A stretch of DNA of 33,587 nt from a virus. Lineage: Duplodnaviria; Caudoviricetes. Position 1 is the first letter of the stretch. The number at the start of each line of letters is the position of its first letter. Below are positions 1 to 9,074 of the stretch, one piece after another. The notes beneath the pieces are model-generated. The model searched no databases. It had not been told where the DNA came from and worked only from the letters and a program-made list of their open reading frames with translations. Both the position numbers and the translations under genes were made by a program. The stretch lies in the IMG/VR virus record IMGVR_UViG_3300051213_000989, positions 1-33,587 of that record. The stretch is one strand, 5' to 3'.

Positions 1-1916
1 CTCTTAATATTTGTAAGTAGATTGCGTTTAACAAGAGATTTTAACCTCTCAAACTCTTGAACAGCTTTCGCTTTCAAGGCCACACTGTCACCTTTTCTTG
101 CTCTTGAAGCCATTACAGCCATATTCTCAATAGAACAAACACGCTTAATCTGTTTCTTTATTATATCCTTTATTGTTAAGTCGAGAGGCTTTTTATCGTA
201 AGCTTTCCAAGAACTTGTTTCGTTTAATGCATTAATTACCTGTTCTTTGATATCTTTACCTGTCTTTGTTGTAGTTATATCTTCGCCTTTCTTTGATGTT
301 TGTTTAACGATACCGAATATAACAACAGCTCCGCTACCAATTAATTCAGGTGAATACTCAATGACGTTCATATGAGCCTTACTAAACATCTCACCAAAGA
401 CTTGAATTGGTGCTCCAACTTTTGCTTCAAGGCTCTTAAGTAAATTTTTAATTTTACTCCTATTAAGAGCATCTAAAAATTCTCCAAATCCTTCAAAAAC
501 ATCATTCTCTAAGGTCTTTGACATGCTTCTATAAACATCAGAATCGGTAATAGGATTACCTCTTTTTGTTTTTACAAAGATATTATCATCCTCATCTAAG
601 CCAAAAGAGACATTTGAACCATCATATTTTTCAGACACTTCCCAAGCACCACCGCTGAAGAGATTGCAAAAATCTTTTGGTGACATTTGATCGATGTGTG
701 GTATATTTACCATTTTAACCGCTTCGCCTAAAATATTAGCTGGCGCCTTTTCAAGAAGTTCGTCGACATTTTTATTACTAACATTACCTACAAACGGTAA
801 GAGATAATTGAGAGCAGACTTAGCATCTTCAAGAGACATTTGACCGACTCTTCTGTTTCTACTTGGATCCGGTATTTTAGTTTTAATGTTATCAATTAAG
901 CTATCCCAGATGACTTGTTTTCTTTGTTGATCAAAAGTAGAAATTAATTTAGCCATCTCAACAACATGTTTCATGTGTTCAGGTGTTTTAAATCCGAGAA
1001 TATTTGATATTATTTCCAATTCATCGTAAGAAACGTTACCAGCATCGCCTTCTGTAACAAATTTGTGTAATTGATCATACTTTACACCACCTTCACTGAA
1101 GCCCTTCTCCTTACCATCCACCATCCATTTAATTTTATAAGCAAGGCCTGCACCGCCGAGTGTATATCTTATGCTAAAAGTAATCTCACCCTTCTTTTCA
1201 TTCTTCTTCTTAAAGGTTTTGTACTGCTCCGTGCCTTCAATTAATTTGTTTAAATTTTCTATTTTTTTGTTATCAATCGGCGTTGTTGAAGCAATAGCTC
1301 TAATTAAAAGATCACGAACTACACCCTTTACACCAGCAGCAATATCTGCAAAGCTTGAAAACTGTGTAAACTTAAAAAAGTTTTCTTTACCTGTTATATC
1401 AACAATATCAATTTGTATAACGCTATTTGTACCTCGGACAACAACAGCTGTGTTAACTTCACCACCACTTACTATCGCAGAATACTTACCTGCAAACTCC
1501 GTGTTTAAGAAAAAAGCAATATCTTTTGCAGAAACACCATTATTAAAAAAGACATCTAAATCTATATCTCCAAAGTCTTTTTTTGTCTCAAGGGCCTTAT
1601 CTATTATTTCAGGTGTTTCTACTTCATTTGGTTCAGGGGCCCTTAACCCTGCTTTTATTGCAAAAAGTCTACTACTACCGAGTACATAAGACGGTTCAGT
1701 GTTTTTTATAAAGTTCTTTTTTCTTAAAACAGTAAGTAGTGTTTGTATTTCATCCAAAACGACAGGTGAAACCGTAGCTCTAATATAATTAAGACTTTTA
1801 TTACCTGTTGCTGCTTTAAGATCGTCAACAAGATTATCAGCAGCCTGACCACCTTCAGTAAGAATCACACCATCAAGACGTAGAAAGCTTTTATAGTAAT
1901 TCTTGTAGCTTAACAT
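1..1916 (-). CDS. Partial (3' end outside window) fusion protein: Pol-beta-superfamily nucleotidyltransferase plus ATP-dependent ligase-like (KxDG) domain; probable virion internal protein
   Basis: Absent from the ORF track. Hand translation from ATG at 1916 stays open to the window edge (638 codons): MLSYKNYYKSFLRLDGVILTEGG...LGSS (GSS at 1671-1679)...FGDIDLD (GDIDLD at 1554-1571)...IQIDIV (QID at 1407-1415)...EVSEKYDGSNVSFG (KYDG at 618-629)...QVFGEMF. Confidence 0.75.
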   Translation of the reverse strand, partial: MLSYKNYYKSFLRLDGVILTEGGQAADNLVDDLKAATGNKSLNYIRATVSPVVLDEIQTLLTVLRKKNFIKNTEPSYVLGSSRLFAIKAGLRAPEPNEVETPEIIDKALETKKDFGDIDLDVFFNNGVSAKDIAFFLNTEFAGKYSAIVSGGEVNTAVVVRGTNSVIQIDIVDITGKENFFKFTQFSSFADIAAGVKGVVRDLLIRAIASTTPIDNKKIENLNKLIEGTEQYKTFKKKNEKKGEITFSIRYTLGGAGLAYKIKWMVDGKEKGFSEGGVKYDQLHKFVTEGDAGNVSYDELEIISNILGFKTPEHMKHVVEMAKLISTFDQQRKQVIWDSLIDNIKTKIPDPSRNRRVGQMSLEDAKSALNYLLPFVGNVSNKNVDELLEKAPANILGEAVKMVNIPHIDQMSPKDFCNLFSGGAWEVSEKYDGSNVSFGLDEDDNIFVKTKRGNPITDSDVYRSMSKTLENDVFEGFGEFLDALNRSKIKNLLKSLEAKVGAPIQVFGEMFSKAHMNVIEYSPELIGSGAVVIFGIVKQTSKKGEDITTTKTGKDIKEQVINALNETSSWKAYDKKPLDLTIKDIIKKQIKRVCSIENMAVMASRARKGDSVALKAKAVQEFERLKSLVKRNLLTNIK

Positions 1917-1931
1917 ATCTTTAATCTTTAA

Positions 1932-2276
1932 TTACTGCTCTTCAATTGAATCAATTGTAGATTGCATCGATGTAGGTGTAGTATCGAGTAATTTTAAAAT
2001 CTCCTCTGCGACAGATCTTGGTTTAGCGTCACCCATTTCTTGATTTAGTGTATCGACAATATTAATCTCCTGCTCAGTAGGTTTATGTACAAAAGCCTTT
2101 ACAAGTAAGTCGAGATAAAATTTTTCACCTTCTGAAGAAAGAGGCTGTGTCTCTGGTTCTTCAGGTTGAGTTGCAACATCGGTTGCATCAGGTGCTTCAG
2201 CAGGAGCAGCACCTGTTAGATCTTCACCCTGTTCTAAAATTCTTAAATAGTTATCGATAAGTTTAAGTGTCTTCAT
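1932..2276 (-). CDS. Hypothetical acidic protein, probable internal head protein
   Basis: 114 aa; N-terminus MKTLKLIDNYLRILE|Q resembles a T4-type cleaved leader; in the operon downstream of the late box at 2713-2720. Confidence 0.6.
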   Translation of the reverse strand: MKTLKLIDNYLRILEQGEDLTGAAPAEAPDATDVATQPEEPETQPLSSEGEKFYLDLLVKAFVHKPTEQEINIVDTLNQEMGDAKPRSVAEEILKLLDTTPTSMQSTIDSIEEQ

Positions 2277-2278
2277 AA

Positions 2279-2707
2279 TTAACCTTTAGTTACTGCTTTA
2301 ATAGCGTCTTTTGTACGTGCAATGCGATCTTTAATTGCTTTCGACAGAACCGGCTTTAGTCTTGATTGCTCGTTATCGAGAATTTTGAGATCCGAAGCAA
2401 CAGGACCTCTTGGTTCTCTTTTAGCCTCCTGATCTGCAGCATCACGAACAGCATCTACTACTTCATTATCTTCCTCTCTAACAACCTCAACAGAGTATGT
2501 TATAACAGTACCATCGTTAAATTTTAAGATAATATCGTCGCTTGTGTTAGTAATTTGTATGCCTTCAAGACCAATATCCTCGAGTATTGCTTTGTTACTA
2601 TCTGCTAGGAGAGCTCTATGAAAAATACGCTTTATTGGCGTTACTTTGTTTAATTCGTGTGCAGCTAAAGGTCTGCTTTCTGCTACTAATTTGAGAAATT
2701 TACTCAT
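2279..2707 (-). CDS. Hypothetical late protein, probable internal head protein
   Basis: 142 aa; MSKFLKLVAE|S leader; CATAAATA box 5 nt upstream of ATG. Confidence 0.6.
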   Translation of the reverse strand: MSKFLKLVAESRPLAAHELNKVTPIKRIFHRALLADSNKAILEDIGLEGIQITNTSDDIILKFNDGTVITYSVEVVREEDNEVVDAVRDAADQEAKREPRGPVASDLKILDNEQSRLKPVLSKAIKDRIARTKDAIKAVTKG

Positions 2708-2712
2708 GTTAT

Positions 2713-2720
2713 TATTTATG
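2713..2720 (-). promoter_or_regulatory. T4-type late promoter (CATAAATA)
   Basis: One mismatch to TATAAATA; 5 nt upstream of ATG 2707; gp55 is encoded in the window. Confidence 0.65.
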
Positions 2721-3276
2721 TAAGAAGTGCGAGTTTTATCTGATGCTGATTAAAATATGCGTTTTTAAGGTAGTTTAAATCATTCTTTTTGAGAAAATTG
2801 TTTAAACGCCTGAAGGAAAAGTTAATAAAATTAAACTGCATTGATTGTGATACAGCTTTTTCGAGCTCTGAGCATATCTCAGCATCATTTATACTTTTAA
2901 GCCAAATAATTTCTTCAAAAGAAGCTCTATTTGTGTAAATGTATATAGGTAAAAGAGCCTTACATCTACCGACAATATAGTTAAAGTGTTTTATATCGCA
3001 GTTTTCCCTAAAATAAAAAATATTTTTGCGTTTATTGTTTTTTAAAAAATCGCACAGCTTGAACAAAAACGCACTATAAAAAATCTTTTTAATATCTGTA
3101 TTTTTAAAATCAAACTCTATATTATAATCATAAGCAGTATGATTTGTAGCATAGTATGCGTCAATATAAAATTTGTTTAGGTCAACAAGCCATGCACCAC
3201 CTATCTCAATTTCATAGACCTCGCTTTGGTTTTTTCCCGATTCTGAGATTGATAATTCCATTGTAGTATGCGTCAC
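2716..3276 (-). CDS. Hypothetical protein (start uncertain; 5' end overlaps the GIY-YIG gene)
   Basis: 186 aa ORF filling the gap between neighbours; no clear catalytic motif. Confidence 0.55.
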   Translation of the reverse strand: MTHTTMELSISESGKNQSEVYEIEIGGAWLVDLNKFYIDAYYATNHTAYDYNIEFDFKNTDIKKIFYSAFLFKLCDFLKNNKRKNIFYFRENCDIKHFNYIVGRCKALLPIYIYTNRASFEEIIWLKSINDAEICSELEKAVSQSMQFNFINFSFRRLNNFLKKNDLNYLKNAYFNQHQIKLALLT

Positions 3277-3625
3277 TTAGGAGTACTTCGCGCTCAAATT
3301 GTAACTTCGCCTCATTATAGCTAAGTTCCCATTTAGAGCTACACCACATAATAATTTTAAAAGAAAAGTTTTCTTTGCCCAATCGCAAAATATCTTCATT
3401 TAGTTCATTAGAAGAAGATGTATAGGTTTTCCAGTCTGTCTCAACAACGAAGTGTCTCTTCTTTGTCTTGCCTTTAAGTGGTGCGCGTTTTTTTACACTT
3501 TGACATTGTTTTTTACCAATGTATTTTTTATTGTTCGTTAAGTTTGTTATTTCATAAATGAACCCAAAAGGAACACTAGACTCATCTTCAAGAATTAGTT
3601 CGGTATGCCAGTGACCGTAGTTCAT
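3212..3625 (-). CDS. Small GIY-YIG family (Seg-like) nuclease
   Basis: FGFIYEITNLTNNKKYIGKK (GIY-YIG signature), ETDWKTYTSSS, YNEAKLQF, YYNGII. Confidence 0.8.
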   Translation of the reverse strand: MNYGHWHTELILEDESSVPFGFIYEITNLTNNKKYIGKKQCQSVKKRAPLKGKTKKRHFVVETDWKTYTSSSNELNEDILRLGKENFSFKIIMWCSSKWELSYNEAKLQFEREVLLSDAYYNGIINLRIGKKPKRGL

Positions 3626-3858
3626 TTTTTATTTTTTTTCTTCTTTGAGCGACGACGCTTTATAGCACCTTTGCGCGTCTGCACAACACTCGGTGGTGTA
3701 GCTATGCGCGCATCACCCTTAGCGTAAAAATCAGTTGAGTTTATAACACCTGCCTCAGGATTAAAACCACCTTCCGAAGACCCTAGTGCACTCGCTGCAG
3801 TAATATCTTCAGCAATAAGCTTTAAAAACGCGCATGCAAACTTATTACTTGATTCCAT
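3622..3858 (-). CDS. Hypothetical protein with basic C-terminal tail, probable internal head protein
   Basis: The track start (3867) overlaps the late box, so ATG 3858 is preferred: MESSNKFACAFLKLIAE|D...KRRRSKKKKNKK. Confidence 0.6.
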   Translation of the reverse strand: MESSNKFACAFLKLIAEDITAASALGSSEGGFNPEAGVINSTDFYAKGDARIATPPSVVQTRKGAIKRRRSKKKKNKK

Positions 3859-3876
3859 TATACACATATTTATAAT
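3849..3876 (+). promoter_or_regulatory. Sigma70-like promoter for uvsY-uvsW
   Basis: TTGATT-N16-TATAAT, 6 nt before GTG 3883. Confidence 0.65.
3867..3874 (-). promoter_or_regulatory. T4-type late promoter (TATAAATA)
   Basis: Exact consensus, 8 nt upstream of ATG 3858. Confidence 0.7.
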
Positions 3877-3882
3877 ATATAT

Positions 3883-4278
3883 GTGGATACTCTAAGAAAA
3901 TATATTGAAGAGGTAAATAAGGATCTTCATATTGATGACTTTAATTTAAAAACCACTCAAATGAAGCTACCTACTCGTAAGCACTTTTGGGTTGCACGTC
4001 TAATTGATGCAAAAGTAGAAAAGGGTAAACTTCTCTCGAAAAAGAAACAACATAAAAAAGAGCTTGTTTCGCGTATTATAGCCGAGAGCCCTGTTAAGAT
4101 AACAACACAGACAGCTGAAGCTGCTGCTGAAAATACAACAGATATTGAAAACATAAACGAGAAGCTCAAAGAGCTAGACTATATTATTGAATATCTCGAG
4201 AAGGTTGAAAAAATCTTTAGCTCCATGCATTGGGAGATTAAAAACATAGTACAGATAAATCAAATGGAGCAGCTGTAA
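3883..4278 (+). CDS. uvsY: UvsY recombination mediator
   Basis: 131 aa helical protein, KDLHIDDFNL...P...HFW pattern, C-terminal WEIKNIVQ; directly upstream of uvsW. Confidence 0.75.
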   Translation: MDTLRKYIEEVNKDLHIDDFNLKTTQMKLPTRKHFWVARLIDAKVEKGKLLSKKKQHKKELVSRIIAESPVKITTQTAEAAAENTTDIENINEKLKELDYIIEYLEKVEKIFSSMHWEIKNIVQINQMEQL

Positions 4279-5711
4279 TGAATATTACTTTTGACTATAA
4301 TAGTAATACCGGTAAACTGTTACTTACATCAGATAGCTCTGAAATTTTTGATCGAATTCGAGAACACTTTAGCGTAGAAAATAAAGGTGCGCGTTTCGCA
4401 CGACGCTTTAATCATTTTGCAGCAAGACGTAAATATATTATTACACCTCTCGGTACCTGCGAACTAGGTATATATTGGTTAATACGAAAGTACTTACTAG
4501 ATAATCAAGTAATCTGTAATGTACATATAACTGAAAAACTAAAAGCAGCTCTCGAAATCGGTAAGACTGATGACCTTGTTGTAGATTTTAAATTTGAATT
4601 ACGTGACTATCAAATTGATGTACTCAAAAAAGCTATGAGTACAGGTCGTGGTACTTGTGTACTCGGTACAGGTGCAGGTAAAACCTTCACTACAGCAGCT
4701 CTAATAGAAAACTACTACCAACGACAAAAAAATAAACCACTATTTAAAACACTTGTTATAGTGCCTGATCTTGGTCTCGTCGAACAGACTTATAATGAAT
4801 TTTTAAGCTGCGGGGTAACATATAAAGTAACAAGATGGACTGGTTCACATGCACCAGATCTTACTGCAAATATTATTATTTGTAATATGGGCATATTACA
4901 AAGTCAATTTGAAGCTAACGATTGGGTAAAGTATGTTGATCTACTCATCGTTGATGAGTGTCATAAAATAAAGCCTGATAATAAAATTAGTAAAATAATA
5001 TCAAAAATTAAAACATTACACCGCTATGGATTTACTGGTACACTACCGGAAGAACAAATTGATAAGTGGTCAATCGTTGGAAAATTTGGACCAGTAATTT
5101 ACGAAAAGTCGAGCTTTGAGCTTCGTGTCGAAGACTTTCTTGTTAATGTAGAAGTAAAGGTACTTGATTTGCACTATACAGAAAGACCTCCATCACTAAC
5201 AGAGAACAAATACAGAGATGAATTGCAATTCATTTATACTAATGAATATAGAAACCAGCTATTAAAAAATCTCAGTCAAAAACTAGCTAACAACACACTC
5301 ATACTTGTTAATCATATTGAGCATGGAGAAAATCTTTTTAACAAACTAAAAGATATAGACAAGCAGGTTTACTTTATACGTGGTGAAGTCGAGGTAAGTG
5401 AACGCGAGGAGATTAAAAAGATTATGGAGAGTAGTGATAACGTTGTATGTATCGCTATTAGTGCTATTTTCTCAACCGGTGTTAACATAAAAAATCTTCA
5501 CAATATTATTTTCGCAGCTGGTGGTAAGTCATTTGTACGTACGGTTCAATCAATTGGTCGTGGTCTTCGTAAACACGATAGTAAAGAACGCTTAGTTATA
5601 ATTGATATTGCCGATCACCTACAATACGGAATAGCACATAGCTTGAAAAGACAAGAAATATACACAAAAGAAAAAATAAGATTTAGTACTAAAACAATCT
5701 TACAACCTTGA
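4278..5711 (+). CDS. uvsW: UvsW SF2 DNA helicase
   Basis: LRDYQ, GTGAGKT, DECH, FTGT, FSTGVNIKNLHNIIFA, QSIGRGLR. Confidence 0.93.
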   Translation: MNITFDYNSNTGKLLLTSDSSEIFDRIREHFSVENKGARFARRFNHFAARRKYIITPLGTCELGIYWLIRKYLLDNQVICNVHITEKLKAALEIGKTDDLVVDFKFELRDYQIDVLKKAMSTGRGTCVLGTGAGKTFTTAALIENYYQRQKNKPLFKTLVIVPDLGLVEQTYNEFLSCGVTYKVTRWTGSHAPDLTANIIICNMGILQSQFEANDWVKYVDLLIVDECHKIKPDNKISKIISKIKTLHRYGFTGTLPEEQIDKWSIVGKFGPVIYEKSSFELRVEDFLVNVEVKVLDLHYTERPPSLTENKYRDELQFIYTNEYRNQLLKNLSQKLANNTLILVNHIEHGENLFNKLKDIDKQVYFIRGEVEVSEREEIKKIMESSDNVVCIAISAIFSTGVNIKNLHNIIFAAGGKSFVRTVQSIGRGLRKHDSKERLVIIDIADHLQYGIAHSLKRQEIYTKEKIRFSTKTILQP

Positions 5712-5735
5712 AATAATCTATTTCTATTATACACT
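5708..5735 (+). promoter_or_regulatory. Sigma70-like promoter for gp55-gp47-gp46
   Basis: TTGAAA-N16-TACACT, 8 nt before ATG 5744. Confidence 0.5.
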
Positions 5736-5743
5736 TAATACAG

Positions 5744-6190
5744 ATGGCAAGAGAAGAAAAAAGCAAAGAACATTATTATATTGACCCGAAAGAGTTTAAA
5801 GACTCACTTCAGGAATATTATAAATCAGATGTAATGACAGATGACCTAGCTGAGAATATTAAAAAGATTGCTTATGGTCTGAGTTACAATCCATCATTCA
5901 TCAATTATACATATAAGGATGATATGATAGGTGACGCGCTCATTAAGATGTACGCTGCTCTTAAATATAAAAAATATAACTTTGATAATAATTCAAACCC
6001 CTTCTCTTATTTTACAACCATCGCCTTTCACGCTTTTATTAACCGTATTAAGAAAGAAAAAAGACATCACGAAGCAGTTAAAAATTATAAAGAAAAAATG
6101 TATGAGGAAATTATGACCGATCCTGAGATCAATAATAGCCATATATACGTTAAGCCTGTAGGTGATTATGACGAATACGGAGACGATTAA
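5744..6190 (+). CDS. gp55: Late-transcription sigma factor gp55
   Basis: HYYID..EF, IAYGLSYNPSFINYTYKDDMIGDA, NPFSYFTTIAFHAFINRIKKEK. Confidence 0.92.
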   Translation: MAREEKSKEHYYIDPKEFKDSLQEYYKSDVMTDDLAENIKKIAYGLSYNPSFINYTYKDDMIGDALIKMYAALKYKKYNFDNNSNPFSYFTTIAFHAFINRIKKEKRHHEAVKNYKEKMYEEIMTDPEINNSHIYVKPVGDYDEYGDD

Positions 6191-7238
6191 GCTAAACAAC
6201 CCGCGTGTAGCGATTATATCTGATCTACACTTAGGTGTACATACCAATAGCTCTTTCTGGCATACTATTGCAATAGAATGGGCAATGTGGCTTCGTGATG
6301 AACTCACATCTAAAAATATTACCGATATTATTTTCTGCGGAGATTGGCATCATAATCGCAGTGAAATATCAGTTAGTACACTTCAAGTTTCAGCGGATAT
6401 TTTAAGCATACTAAAAGATTTCAATCTTATAGCTATAGCCGGTAATCATGACATTTACTTTAAGCATAGAACAGATGTAAACTCACTTTCTATTTTTAAG
6501 AATAGACAAAACGTCAACATCATTGACAATAAGGTTGTCTCAATAAAACAATTTGATAAGACAATAACATTTTGTCCTTGGAATACACAAGTAGAAGACA
6601 TTCCTAATAGTGATGTTATTTTCGGTCATTTTGAAATTGAATCGTTTGCAATGAACACCTATAAAGTATGTGAAGAGGGTCTCAAAGTAAAAGACCTCTT
6701 GCGTAAAAGCTCTTTAATACTTTCAGGCCATTTTCATACCCGACACAGTAAGCAATACGGTAGCGGTACAATTATGTACGTCGGCAATCCCTTCCAGATG
6801 GACTTTGGTGATATTAACAATGACAAGGGCTATCATATTCTCGATCTTAACGATCTTGAATGTACATTCTTTGAAAATAAAATATCGCCACAGTATAAAA
6901 AAATCTCATTAGGTGAGCTCGTTGAAGCTGGAGAACTTACAAGTGAGATTAAAAATACCTTTAATAGGAATATCGTTAAGTTGAAAATTGATAAAAATAT
7001 TTCACAAGAAGATCTAGACTTCTTATTACAAAAATTACATCTTCTTACGCCACTCGAATTGACGATAGATTACGACATTAATTTTAATCGTCTAATGACC
7101 GAGACAGAAGAAAAAGAAGATCTCTCTGGTATTGATATTGAACAAGCTATTTCTGAGTTTGTAAATCTTCTTGAGATTGAGAATAAAAAAGATATAATCG
7201 AATACACGGTAGATTTATATCGTAAGAGTATAGCATGA
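6162..7238 (+). CDS. gp47: Recombination endonuclease subunit gp47 (Mre11/SbcD-like); start may be ATG 6168
   Basis: Metallophosphoesterase motifs SDLHLG, GDWHH, GNHD, GHFE, SGHFH, YVGNP. Confidence 0.92.
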   Translation: MIMTNTETIKLNNPRVAIISDLHLGVHTNSSFWHTIAIEWAMWLRDELTSKNITDIIFCGDWHHNRSEISVSTLQVSADILSILKDFNLIAIAGNHDIYFKHRTDVNSLSIFKNRQNVNIIDNKVVSIKQFDKTITFCPWNTQVEDIPNSDVIFGHFEIESFAMNTYKVCEEGLKVKDLLRKSSLILSGHFHTRHSKQYGSGTIMYVGNPFQMDFGDINNDKGYHILDLNDLECTFFENKISPQYKKISLGELVEAGELTSEIKNTFNRNIVKLKIDKNISQEDLDFLLQKLHLLTPLELTIDYDINFNRLMTETEEKEDLSGIDIEQAISEFVNLLEIENKKDIIEYTVDLYRKSIA

Positions 7239-9040
7239 AACGAGTTAACTTTAAAAAAATAACTATAAAAAACTTTTTGTCTATCGGCGAAGAGCCCGTC
7301 GTCGTAGAGTTTAAAAAAGGTCTACATGTTATTACAGGTGAAAATAAAGACAAGCCCGATAGACGAAACGCAATCGGTAAGTCAACGATTGCTGATTCTG
7401 TTTATTTTGCTATTTTCGGCGAGACGCTGCGTGAAATTAAAAAGGACTTAATACCGAACAATCTTACAAGCGGTAAGACTCATGTCGAACTTGACTTTGA
7501 AGTCATTACTACAAATTCACAAAAAGAGTACAAAATTGTACGAACACTCTCACCGACAAAGGTTTTTGTATACGAAGATGGTGTAGATAAAACGCATGAT
7601 AGTATTGCAAATACTACAAAGTTTATTCTCGATGTTTTAAGCGCCACACCTGCTATTTTTAAGAATTGCGTTATTATGACTGTTAATAATGCTATACCTT
7701 TCATGGCAAAAAATAAAATCGAAAAGCGAAAGTTTATCGAGGATATTTTCGGCATGGAAGTGTTTAGTGAGATGACATCACGACTTAGAAGTGAATATAA
7801 CGATATAAAGCGTGATTACGATACGCTTGTTACAACGCTAGATGAAGTTCAACGCTCGCACAAAAACTATACTCAGCAGCGTGATAATATTATTAATAAG
7901 AGATCTGAAAAGAAAGAACTATATCTACAACGTAAGAGTAATAATATTACCGAACGAAAAGAATTGATTGAGTATATAAGCAATATACCAGAGATAGATA
8001 TAACAGCAACATCAAAGGATATAGAAAACTGCGAAAAGGGAATCGCAACATGCGATGATAAAATCGCCTCACTTACAACAGAGATCGCAACCGACAAACA
8101 AAGAATACATACAATTAAGGACACCTATCAAAAGATAGGTACGCAAGAAGAAAAATGCCCTGTATGTCTTCGTGAAATGAAAGAACATGATCTGAGTTAT
8201 ATTGAAGCTGAAAAACAAACACTCAAATCACAAATAGAGCAAATAGCTGAAACAGTTAAGCAAAAAGCGCAAGATCTTGAAACAATCAATAAGAAAAAAC
8301 TTTCTATAAAAAATAAAATTACTCAGTTACATAATAATAAAAATGCTGCAGCGCTTAGAGAGCAAGACAGAAAAAATAAAGAACAAAGAATAGAACAACT
8401 TGATAGTTGGTTGCTTGAGCTCGAACAAGATCTCGAATCTGTACAAAGCACAGAAACAGACTTTGATAGTGTTATTGTAGAAACAACAGAACGACTTAAT
8501 ACCATTACAACGCAGACAGAAGAGAAGAAAAACAAACTAAGTAGTCTGGATATAGTAAAATTCATTGTAAGTGAGGAAGGTGTTAAGTCATATATTGTTA
8601 GTAGATTGCTTGAACTTCTTAATAGTAAGCTTCTATTTTATCTCAAAAAGCTAGATTCAAATTCTATATGTATTTTTAATGAGTACTTTGAAGAAGAGAT
8701 TCTAAACGAAAAAAATAAAGTATGTTCATATTTTAACTTCTCAGGCGCTGAGCGTAAGTCAATTGACTTAGCATGTCTATTTGCTTTCTCAGATATTAGA
8801 AAACTACAAGGTGGTGTACAATACAATATTGCTATGTATGACGAATTGTTTGATTCTTCCTTTGACGAAAAAGGACTTGAACTTATTACAACAATATTAA
8901 GAGAACGAGTACAAGAGATAGATGAGTGTACAATGATTATTTCTCATCGTAAGGAGTCGATCAAAGCTGCTACAGGTAGTATTGTGTATCTAGAAAAAGA
9001 AAACGGTATAACTCGACGTAAACAATACGATGATGTATAG
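7235..9040 (+). CDS. gp46: Recombination ATPase subunit gp46 (Rad50/SbcC-like)
   Basis: KNFLSIG, Walker A NAIGKST, coiled coil with CPVC zinc hook, FSGAE signature, Walker B YDELFD, ISH. Confidence 0.93.
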   Translation: MKRVNFKKITIKNFLSIGEEPVVVEFKKGLHVITGENKDKPDRRNAIGKSTIADSVYFAIFGETLREIKKDLIPNNLTSGKTHVELDFEVITTNSQKEYKIVRTLSPTKVFVYEDGVDKTHDSIANTTKFILDVLSATPAIFKNCVIMTVNNAIPFMAKNKIEKRKFIEDIFGMEVFSEMTSRLRSEYNDIKRDYDTLVTTLDEVQRSHKNYTQQRDNIINKRSEKKELYLQRKSNNITERKELIEYISNIPEIDITATSKDIENCEKGIATCDDKIASLTTEIATDKQRIHTIKDTYQKIGTQEEKCPVCLREMKEHDLSYIEAEKQTLKSQIEQIAETVKQKAQDLETINKKKLSIKNKITQLHNNKNAAALREQDRKNKEQRIEQLDSWLLELEQDLESVQSTETDFDSVIVETTERLNTITTQTEEKKNKLSSLDIVKFIVSEEGVKSYIVSRLLELLNSKLLFYLKKLDSNSICIFNEYFEEEILNEKNKVCSYFNFSGAERKSIDLACLFAFSDIRKLQGGVQYNIAMYDELFDSSFDEKGLELITTILRERVQEIDECTMIISHRKESIKAATGSIVYLEKENGITRRKQYDDV

Positions 9041-9068
9041 TTGAAAAGCAAAAAATAAAAACTAATTA
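9041..9068 (+). promoter_or_regulatory. Putative promoter for the glycosyltransferase
   Basis: TTGAAA-N16-TAATTA, 6 nt before ATG; closely resembles 12910-12946. Confidence 0.45.
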
Positions 9069-9074
9069 TCACAT

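Noticed and set aside
1171-1689. 172-aa + strand ORF in the track
   Set aside because: Antisense shadow of the longer motif-bearing - strand ORF <1..1916.
3212-3625. GIY-YIG gene as an intron-borne homing endonuclease
   Set aside because: Free-standing, only 137 aa with no separate DNA-binding tail, and no interrupted host gene around it.
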